Shown in pieces: positions 53,625 to 64,000 of a stretch of DNA of 64,000 bases (position 1 is the first letter of the stretch; each line of letters starts with the position of its first letter). A program made the position numbers and the translations under genes. Source of the DNA: Macrostomum lignano (taxonomy: Eukaryota); the NCBI GenBank assembly GCA_002269645.1, contig NIVC01000048.1, positions 207,491 to 271,490 of the forward strand, written 5' to 3'. The notes under the pieces were generated by a model. That model was not told the DNA's origin and made no database searches. It worked only from the letters and a program-made list of their open reading frames with translations.

Positions 53625-55010
53625 ATAGTACTTAAACATTATAGGTCCTAAACTTCATAAGACCTAGACTAAATGAGACATAAACTTCATAAGATCTAAA
53701 ACTTCATGAGACCTAAACTTCATAAGACCTAAACTACATGAGACCTAAACTACATGAGACCTAAACTTCATAAACCCAAAACTACATGAGACCTAAACTT
53801 CATAAGCCCTAAACTACATGAGACCAAAACTACATGAGACCAAAACTTCATAAGACCTGAACTATGAGACCTAAACTTCATAAGCCCTAAACTACATGAG
53901 ACCTAAACTACATGAGAACTAAACTTCATAAGACCTAAACTATGAGACCTAAACTTCATAAGCCCTAAACTACATGAGACCTAAACTTCATAAGACCTAA
54001 ACTACATGAGACCAAAACTACATGAGACCAAAACTTCATAAGCCCTAAACTACATGAGACCTAAACTTCATAAACCCAAAACTACATGAGACCTAAACTT
54101 CATAAGCCCTAAACTACATGAGACCAAAACTACATGAGACCAAAACTTCATAAGCCCTAACCTACATGAGACCTAAACTTCATAAGACCTAAACTACATG
54201 AGACCTAAACTTCATAAAATCTAAACCACATGAGACCTAAACTTCATAAGACCTGAACTGAATGAGACCTAATTTACATGAGACCTAAACTACATGTGAC
54301 CTAACCTACATGGGACCTAAACTTCATAAGACCTAAACTACATGAGACCTAAACTTCATAAAATCTAAACTACATGAGACCTAAACTTCATAAGCCCTAA
54401 ACTACATGAGACCAAAACTACATGAGACCAAAACTTCATAAGCCCTAACCTACATGAGACCTAAACTTCATAAGCCCTAAACTACATGAGACCAAAACTA
54501 CATGAGACCAAACCTTCATAAGCCCCAACCTACATGAGACCTAAACTTCATAAGACCTGAACTGAATGAGACCTAATTTACATGAGACCTAAACTACATG
54601 TGACCTAACCTACATGGGACCTAAACTTCATAAGACCTAAACTACATGAGACCTAAACTTCATAAAATCTAAACCACATGAGACCTAAACTTCATAAGAC
54701 CTGAACTGAATGAGACCTAATTTACATGAGACCTAAACTACATGAGACCTAAACTTCATATGACCTAAATTTCATAAGACTTAAACTTTATAGAACCTAA
54801 ACTACATGAGACATAAACTTTAAAAGAGACACGAGACCAAAGCTTCAAAAGATCTGAACTACACGAGGCCTAAACTTCATAAGACCTAAACTAAATGAGA
54901 CCTAGACGTCATGAGACCCGAGACCTAAAATTTATAAGACCTAAACTATATGAGACCTAAACTACATGAGACCTAATCTTCATAAGAACTAAACTGCATA
55001 AAAACTAAAC
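53625..55010. repeat. 16-bp two-variant satellite (GAGACCTAAACTACAT / AAGACCTAAACTTCAT) with higher-order blocks
   Basis: Direct inspection. Confidence 0.92.
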
Positions 55011-55513
55011 TTCACATCGCCTAAAAATGCCGTTGAAGGAAATTAAGATTTTCATTGAAGATGCCTAAGATAATTTTGGTCTTATGAAACCGAACCTATC
55101 CAAAAATCCACATACATGTAGGACTTTAAACATTTGCTGTTTAGAAGTGGCTATATTTTCGAGTCTTTTTTAGTCGTCCTTGGTAAATAGCTACCTGCCG
55201 GACTTGAAAATATGGTATAAGCTATCGGTAGATACTCGTGCAGGCTTCGATTTTGTTGAGCAGTTCCAGTCCAGTGATTCGAAACCTCAAGCCCCCACCC
55301 GCGGTTGAAGAGACATCGATCTAAAATGGCTACGGCTAATATCCCTAGATCAGCCAAGTGGAAGGAAGCACTTGTGTCCGTTCCTTTTATGGCTAACTAC
55401 CTGTGTAGCATGTGTTATACGACGTATAATCATCTCGTATAACTAAAACTTTTAACTAAATCGTATAAGATGTTGAGTAATAAATACACCGGTTGAAACT
55501 ATTGGGCCCCTCT

Positions 55514-56075
55514 CCAGGGCTTCCAGGGAATCCAGGGCTTCCAGGGAATCCAGGGCTTCCAGGGAATCCAGGGCTTCCAGGGAATCCAGGGCTTCCAGGG
55601 AATCCAGGGCTTCCAGGGAATCCAGGGCTTCCAGGGAATCCAGGGCTTCCAGGGAATCCAGGGCTTCCAGGGAATCCAGGGCTTCCAGGGAATCCAGGGC
55701 TTCCAGGGAATCCAGGGCTTCCAGGGAATCCAGGGCTTCCAGGGAATCCAGGGCTTCCAGGGAATCCAGGGCTTCCAGGGAATCCAGGGCTTCCAGGGAA
55801 TCCAGGGCTTCCAGGGAATCCAGGGCTTCCAGGGAATCCAGGGCTTCCAGGGAATCCAGGGCTTCCAGGGAATCCAGGGCTTCCAGGGAATCCAGGGCTT
55901 CCAGGGAATCCAGGGCTTCCAGGGAATCCAGGGCTTCCAGGGAATCCAGGGCTTCCAGGGAATCCAGGGCTTCCAGGGAATCCAGGGCTTCCAGGGAATC
56001 CAGGGCTTCCAGGGAATCCAGGGCTTCCAGGGAATCCAGGGCTTCCAGGGAATCCAGGGCTTCCAGGGAATCCAG
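55514..56075. repeat. Perfect 18-bp CCAGGGCTTCCAGGGAAT minisatellite, ~31 copies
   Basis: Direct inspection. Confidence 0.95.
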
Positions 56076-56489
56076 GCTTCCAAGGATTTTCTATAATTTA
56101 ATGAATTCCTAAAATTTTCCTGGTTTTCCAGGACTCCTTTCAATCCATTGTCGGATGCTTACGTTAGCTTGAAATTCTTCTTTTATATCAAATTTGAAGG
56201 GAAAAGTTCTATGAAGTTGTCCAGCGACTAGATTGGTTCTGTCACTTTCCTAGAGTGGTCGAGTTGAAATTGGGAGTTTAGCCTAATCAGGAAATATCGA
56301 CAAGTTTATTGATTGAATGAACTCGAAGTAACTTCTGCAAATGGATTCAGGACCTGTTAGGGTCACTTAGGGTCAGTCAGGAGTTTCCAGAATGGAAAAA
56401 AAATTTTATACAGGAAGTTTTGGATTTATTTTTTCGGTTTTGGATTTTCGATTTCGATCTCGAACATTTCAATGGGTTCGAGATGGCGA

Positions 56490-56705
56490 GGGAGATAGGG
56501 TAGGGACGGGAGTGAGAGGGAAATAGGGTAGGGAGTGAGAGGGAGACAGGGTAGGGCGGCTGAGAGGGAGATAGGGTAGGGTGAGAGGGAGATAGGGTAG
56601 GGGTGAGAGGGAGATAGGGTAGGGCTGAGAGGGAGATAGGGTAGGGAGTGAGAGGGAGATAGGGTAGGGCTGAGAGGGAGATAGGGTAGGGAGTGAGAGG
56701 GAGAT
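56490..56705. repeat. GAGAGGGAGATAGGGTAGGG repeat
   Basis: Direct inspection. Confidence 0.85.
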
Positions 56706-58929
56706 ACACGCAGGATCAGTAAGGTTGAAATTGAGACCGAGGAGGGTTAAGTAAGAGAAGATGGCGGTGATCTGAATGCGAAGTGTTTCAGAACTCATTA
56801 TAAAGGTGGCGCGGGCCGTGAAGTTAATTAGCCATGGCCTCCAATTCATCAAATTGCCGGCATCGCCCCGCGGGACACCTGCGGGCGACAAGTCAGTCGC
56901 GATCCGGCAATTGGCATGAGGGAAATTATTCCCTTCCTGTCTGACTTGGCATCTCGCAATTAGAAGGTTGATTAATTGATCTGAAGATTCGCTGATTTTT
57001 GTTCATCTCTCGTGGTTGTGGCTTTTGACTGGATGCAGTTTTGTACAAGGAGATCTTCCGGAACAATGGGGTGTTGCATGGGTGATTTTCACAAAAACCG
57101 AGCTGAAGTGTCAAAGACTATCTAAACACGTAAAAAAATTTGGGATACATGATTAGATCTCCAATCTGTAGTTAAATCATCTAAAAAGCTGTTTATGCAG
57201 CGCTTAAGACACTGCGCACTTATGATATACTGCGCGTTTATGTGGGAAATCTGTTCCCACATACCGGTAGACGATAGAAAATGTGAATAAACACAAATTA
57301 GACACATCATATTACTTCCAATGAGTCACTGCGTGCAAACTGTACAAATAGAATTTTGCGAGCCTTCGAAAATAATTTGGCAATCCAGATTTTAGCCTTG
57401 TAAAATCTCATTGGTTATCTATAAGAAATCGAGCATGACAAAAATATTGATCGTCTGTGTGAAGCCTTAGGTTTTTGTCTTTCTTTCACCGTTTCATTTT
57501 CGCTTCGGCAGTCAAAGTGGAGCTTTGTCAATAGTGACTGAGCATTGTGCACAGTTTATCATTATTTATCTCCATTTGCTAGCTAGAGCTGTGACGTCAC
57601 TATTATGGATGAGAGTTTAGAGAGAGAGATCAGAGTAATGGAGTGATTGGGAAGATGATTTAGAGAACAGAAAAGTAGAGGGGAAGAGAATGAGAGAGAG
57701 GGAGAGAGGGAGGGAGGAGGAGAGGGGAAGTGAGGGGAGAGGAGGAGAGAGAGGGAGAGAGAAGGAGAGAGGGGGGAGAGTGAGAGGGAGAGAAAGAGAG
57801 GGGCATGGAGGGAAAGAGGGGGGAGAATGGAGAAGAAAGTGAAATTTGACTACGCGAATACCCCCATTGTAAAACAATTTAAAAAGCTTCAAACACACTC
57901 AGTAATTTTGATTACGAAACCAAATGCATGGTGAATTGAATTAAATTGAAATTGAATGGCGAATGTTGAACAAAGACACAAAAAGCAGTAATTAATTATC
58001 ATACCGAGGTTTCATTTCATCAACAAGAATAGATCCTGCTCGTATTTATAGGTCAGCTAAACATGAGTCATTTTCAGTTTTGCGAGATCCATAGACATAA
58101 ATAAACTCAACTTTGGACAGAACCCATTGTTGTGGCGACGGTATGTGGGCATTCACTCACCCACTCCAATCACTATATACATTTAACTATAAAATAGTGT
58201 TCTGTGTTGATGTGCAGCGGTTCATTCAACCGCCAAAAAACTCGTTCTACAAATTATACAGATTTCATGCAGTCTCTATAAAGAAGAATCATCTTACTTT
58301 CAGACTACAAACTTCATTCGCGAAACGTCAAAACTGGTCTGCGCAAAAGAAGTTATAAAAAGAAAAGTATAAAGCTTTGATTGCAAGTTCAGGTGATAAA
58401 AAATTAGAATAAGAAGACTTGAAATTGTGCCGCCCTTCCTTCTGCGTATTGCTGGTCTGTTTTCTAGAACGTAACACAACTGCATTGTGCGCTGGACTGC
58501 ACATCCTGTCTGCGTATTTCCTGTCTCAACTTGTCTGGAACTGAAAAATATTATTAATAATTGTTGTTTTGGTTTATGACTCATTTTGCGATTGAAGTCG
58601 TTTTTTGTCGCAGTTCACTAAACCGCTGGGTGTTTTGCAATCAGTTTGAGCTGTCGGACAAGGTTGGGATGCGGGTTCTCAATCGAGTTAGATGGGATGG
58701 ATATTCTGTGTGGGCTTAGGTTTATTATTCTGTGGAAATGTTTTTTTCTTCAATTGAATTGAATTGGCTCAGCTCTTTAACTGTTTTGTTGAGCTATCGG
58801 TCTATAAAACTGCAGGGCGATAGCGGAAATCCTAGCAATTCAAAGTTAATTATGACTATTGCCAGAAATGTTGAGCTGCGATTTCATTTGATGGGTGAGT
58901 CCAGGGAATCATGATGAAAACAAGAATAA

Positions 58930-59205
58930 AATCCTGGGGTTCCTGGGAGAGTACAGGTGTGCTATGGGGTTCCTGGGAGGGTACAGGTTGTGCTATGGGA
59001 TTCCTGGGAGGGTACAGGTTGTGCTATGGGGTTCCTGGGAGGGTACAGGTGTGCTATTACGGTTCCTGGGAGGGTACAGGTGTGCTATGGGGTTCCTGGA
59101 AGGGTACAGGTGTGCTTTGGGGTTCCTGGGAGGGTACAGGTGTGCTTTGGGGTTCCTGGGAGGGTACAGGTGTGCTTTGGGGTTCCTGGGAGGGTACAGG
59201 TGTGC
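58930..59205. repeat. 30-bp GGGGTTCCTGGGAGGGTACAGGTGTGCT(A/T)T minisatellite
   Basis: Direct inspection. Confidence 0.9.
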
Positions 59206-59751
59206 TGTAGCAGCTCCTAAGAGGGTACCAGGGTGCTAAAGGTGCACTATAGGCAGAGCTAGATGTCCCATACATTTTTTCGTATGCAAGGTTGTGCTTA
59301 CGTCTTAAAAAATGCTTATATGAAAAAAACAGTTTTTGTTTTCCCCCTCGCCCAAGCTGAATGTTAGAATACCGAATCTGCAGAATATATAGGAGAGATT
59401 GTCACCCGTTTTTCTCGCCTTTCAAACCCAGCAATTCGCTCAATTGATCGAGTCACTCTACAAGCATGAAAATGGGAAACTGTTTGACTTCCTGTTGGAA
59501 GAGCTGGGAGCAATGAGTGGCAGGAGCGATGACTGGAATCCCTTTTTTGCGCATCTCTACCACAGTGCAAGAATCTTTTAATGCAGCTCTTGCATGCCCC
59601 AAGCGAGATGTTTTATTTTGTCCGTGTTGTCATCATCATCATTGTTTTTCTGCTCAATTGTTCTCACCAAATAACAGCGGAGAGGAAGTTAATAACAAAG
59701 CCATTTCCTAGAATTTCTGTTGCTATGAATGGTGAGGTTTTTTGCGCTTTA

Positions 59752-60230
59752 GATTCTACATTGCCTGTTGTAGCTAATGCTCTGTTACACAGGGATTCTA
59801 CATTTGCCTGTTGTAGCTAATGGTCTGTTACACAGGGATTCTACATTGCCTGTTGTAGCTAATGATCTGTTACACAGGGATTCTACATTTGCCTGTTGTA
59901 GCTAATGGTCTGTTACACAGGGGATTCTACATTTGCCTGTTGTAGCTAATGGTCTGTTACACAGGGGATTCTACATTTGCCTGTTGTAGCTAATGGTCTG
60001 TTACACAGGGGATTCTACATTGCCTGTTGTAGCTAATACTCTGTTACACAGGGGATTCTACATTGCCTGTTGTAGCTAATGGTCTGTTACACAGGGGATT
60101 CTACATTGCCTGTTGTAGCTAATGGTCTGTTACACAGGGGATTCTACATTGCCTGTTGTAGCTAATGGTCTGTTACACAGGGGATTCTACATTGCCTGTT
60201 GTAGCTAATGGTCTGTTACATTCTACATTG
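59752..60230. repeat. ~43-bp TTCTACATTGCCTGTTGTAGCTAATGGTCTGTTACACAGGGGA array, ~11 copies
   Basis: Direct inspection. Confidence 0.92.
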
Positions 60231-63200
60231 CGGTTGTAGCTGTCAGCTGATGATCTGATACTCAGAGGATCCTTCATTGCTAATTCAATCCTCGTAGTTA
60301 CTATACGGGTTCCAAGTGGATTCTTCAAAAGCATAATTTGGCATCAAATTGGTTTATAGATCAGCGGATTTCCCAATTATCAGCATGATGAAGTCGTCCC
60401 CCTTTCATCATCGATTGATGACTCAATTCAAGTGTCAGTTTAAATTTGCATCCACAATATAAGCTTCCAGGAGGTCTGCAGCACAATGCAGCGCATTCAT
60501 GCAGTCTCCTTTCTCTGCAGATATCTTCGTAGAATCGAGCAAAAGCGGAATTCCAATCTGAAATCACGTATTTGTGCGCGCATTGCAGATTATGTGCCAT
60601 GCAACCCAATTGGGAACACGGAGCCGTCAAACTCAATTTACAGAACCGCTGATTTCGGAGTGTGCACAGGCCTTTGGGCTAGAGAGAATTTTCATATCGA
60701 TTATCTATTGTATACAAAAGCGGTTTTCAAAGGAAACAGAGGATCATGTTTTGACAGGGACCAAGATTTGGAAGAAATGGCGATTAGCTGTAAAATCGAT
60801 TGTCATAAACTGCTTTGTATGAATTTTCGTGTATTAGGATCGGGGCACCCAAACATCTCGTACACGTGCTTCAGTATTGAAATGATAATCTACACTACAT
60901 GTACGAGCGTACATCACACAGTATAGTAGCTGTATGAATACGCTCAAAACTGCACGTTACAGAAGTCTTGCGTTTTATCATTGGTGACATAAAGCATAAT
61001 AACTATCAGATATATATATTAATATAATAACTATCCAACATGTTTTGTCTATTTTGATTTATTTACACGTAAAAAACGAAATTGATTACTGTTAGTAGCA
61101 CGCTTAATAAGTCCTTCCTTTAAAATATTTAGACGCCCTAAAACTAACGTGTATGCTTATTTCGATGCAAAAGCACTGTCCAGTGTTTATTTTTTGAATT
61201 TTTTGAACAAAAATTAAATTTCTGATGATTCAGGATTGCTGACTATTCTTAAAGTTTTAATGTTATTCTTTGTTTTACGTGGCATTCTAGCAAGTAAATA
61301 TTAAATTAAACAAACGTACATTTACACTTTCTTCGAATCAAATTCTCAATCTAAGAATGTGTGGTAGGCCGGTCTACCACTGGGGAGAACGACGGCAGGC
61401 CTCTAGCGCGAACACCGGCGGGACATTCCACCCAGTTCCACGGACGGATTGACGTCATTTTTTTCAACTTTTGTTCCCTGGTTTGTTCCCCCGGTTGCTC
61501 CCGCCCTTGCTCCCTCGTCTGTTCCCTTTTCTGTTCCCTCCCTTGGCCCCTGTTGTTTTAATTTTTCCAGCGGCCGGGTTTTCCTCTTTTCCCTTCGTTG
61601 TCCCTTCCCTTGTCCCATCCTCTGTCCCACCCCTGGGATCCTTCACGCCAATTTGATTTATATGAGTTTTCTCTGGAGTCATTTTTTTCCTTTAATTCTT
61701 TTGTTCGTTAGTTTTAGTTTTTGTTTTTTTGTGTGTGTTAGTTTAGTTAGTTTTAGTTTTAATTCTAGTTCTCCTTTTTGTTTCTGCTCGTTCATCTCGC
61801 GTAGCAGTAATAACAATCGGTAACAACAATTAACGTTATAATAATAATAAGTTCGCAACATTTAATATTCATTCAGTTGTTCAGAATCGAAGCCTTTAGT
61901 TTCTATTGAGTCATTTGCCCGCGGGGCGTAAAATAACCAATCAGTCTCATCTCAAAGAAAGCTCTGAGACCCTAAACGTTCCGTAAAACGACATTTACGG
62001 TGGTGGCAGCGCTACTTTACTACTGAGAGTAACACAACTAGCAATTCTCGACGAATTACGAGTTTACGGTGTCTGAGGACCCATTCTGAACGACTCGGGC
62101 CGCTACTAGACCGCTCGACTACGATTACGACTACCCTCCCCCCGGAATTGAGGACCCGGCAGACGGAGTATCCAAGGAGGAGAATCAACGCATCAATTGC
62201 ACAATTTTCCGGCTTTACGTGCCGACGACAAACCCAAATTTTATTCTCCCAATTTCAAATTTTCTTATTATTTTCTTCACCACCCCCACCTCAAATGATG
62301 ATGGAGTTTGCAAAAAGATGGCCTAGGCCTATCTGTACAGTACTGGGTTATGTACGAAGTTGCGAACAAGAGGTCAGTACAGATACAGCCTTAGATGTAA
62401 TTTAGCCGGCACCCATATAGACGGCCATGCCCATAGCCAACCAATAGCCATTATGATTATGACAAACGATCGAATTCATTTATTCATTATTCCACTACTA
62501 TTGCAACTACTACTACTAGCCATTACATTATTAGGCCTAGCCGCCTACTGCCTTCCCGCCTACTAGGTTTATGGCTAATTTACACGGTAGTGCATTGTAT
62601 TGTAGTACTGAGTTGTACTGTATTGTAGCAGTGCAAGTGTGCAACTCAAGAGTGACTAACTAGGGCTACTAACCAACTGTAACTGTCTATTTAGAAGGAA
62701 TCATTTTTGCTATTTTTGCTATTTTTGCTATAGCCAGTGTCTGCAATTTATTTTTCTTTATGTATCTGTAGGCCTAGTAGATAATTCTGAATTGTTAGAA
62801 CAAAAGTGGTTTCTTATCTGGGGGAAACAAAGCAAACCTAGGCCTAAAAAGTAAATAATTAGGCATTGGAATTTTGTTAAACTTTCACATTTGCAAAACA
62901 AAGATGAAAGATTTTTTAAGTAAAAAAAAATAGGTTGTTTATATTATAAAAAATAATATAATGACTTTTATATATTTTTTGTTGTTAACAAAACCTAATC
63001 TTTTGTGAATTTTGTGATCTATATATGATATTGATAGGCATTGAATAAACATAGTTAAATGATTTAATTGTCAACTATAAGTTACTAAAATAAAATAAAA
63101 TTGCAATGCTATTCTTAACATTTTTGGCCTATAGTAACTGAAATATTCTTATAAATGATAGTCTTAACCATAACTATAGACAATTCCATAGTTTATACAA

Positions 63201-63829
63201 GTATTATAATAGTGATATAAGCAGCCCAAAAACTTGGAATTTTGTTAAAATTTCACATTTGCAAAACAAAAAAGTTAGCTAAGTTAAAAATGGCCTATAT
63301 AAAGCACTTTACAAGGATAAAAAGATAATATTTGTATATATTATGCAATTGTCTCTGGTTAAAACTTGTTTAAGACTTTCAATTACTGTGGGTGAAAAAT
63401 ATTTTTAGAGTAGCATTGAAATTTATTTTTATTTTAGTAATTTATATTATATTTGATAATTAAATTATTAAACTGTGTTGATTTAATGATAGGCTAGCAA
63501 GAGCATTTTTTGGGTTGCTTATGAATTATTCATAAACCTATTAATTATCAACTTTATATCTTTAACTACTAATAATCAATTTATTAATTTAAAAAGTTAT
63601 AAATGGTTTGTAGGATGGCTAAAATTCCAATTATGGGCAGCTTATCATCTATATATTATTAGTTATATATTCTATTTAAAGCCTTAAGCTTATATTATAT
63701 AAAATGCATAAAATCTTTTTTTTGGATTCTGATTCCAGTTTTGCTAAGATCCTAGGCCTACATATATAAGATTTTAGTATATTGAGTCATTTTGCCACAA
63801 CTCATTTAGTTCAAATGAATATGCTATAC

Positions 63830-63920
63830 ACAGGTGTGCAGAGTAGGAATGCTTGGTTACTGGGGTGGAGCACAGGTGTGCCCAGGGTAGGAATGCTTGG
63901 TTACTGGGGTGTAGCACAAG
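63830..63920. repeat. Two-copy ~43-bp tandem repeat
   Basis: CACAGGTGTGC...GTAGGAATGCTTGGTTACTGGGGTG occurs twice. Confidence 0.8.
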
Positions 63921-64000
63921 TGTGCTGCAATAGGCAGGGGACATGCATGGCTGACTTGATGGTCCATGACAAGCAAATCCCTAATCATGTGTCAAATTTC

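Noticed and set aside
59752-60230. CRISPR-like appearance of regularly spaced repeats (also 48070-48830)
   Set aside because: No unique spacers, no cas genes and a eukaryotic context.
61361-61380. Near-palindrome GTGGTAGGCCGGTCTACCAC
   Set aside because: A single 20-bp hairpin with no partner or second copy in the window.

Overview
Eukaryotic (metazoan) genomic DNA with GT-AG introns, GC-rich CDSs and very dense micro/minisatellites. The style suggests a free-living flatworm such as Macrostomum, but that is inference only. Supported genes: (1) a 4-exon C1orf50/DUF2452 gene (3748-10086, +) whose intron 2 holds a complete intronless DEG/ENaC channel gene on the same strand; (2) a 2-exon secreted WSC + PAN/Apple-like gene (-); (3) two near-identical tandem copies of an intronless LRR, probably GPI-anchored, gene (-), each followed by a long (GATA)n tract; (4) an intronless MOSC/mARC gene (+). 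Mobile DNA includes a 5'-truncated RTE-like LINE with a 7-bp TSD inserted in a repeat whose empty homologue lies 10 kb away, a tRNA-headed SINE candidate and a foldback-like pair of inverted satellite arrays. The most notable unexplained signal is at 1.17-3.12 kb: four copies of a ~130-nt element. Each has an AAATAG box 30-31 nt upstream, a terminal GUGGG/CCCAC stem, a near-invariant internal loop, an 11-bp stem showing three compensatory base-pair changes between paralogues, and a T5 end. This looks like a cluster of Pol III structured RNA genes with Y RNA/stem-bulge-RNA-like topology that I cannot assign to a known family. Most long ORFs between 16 and 60 kb in the ORF track are satellite artefacts.
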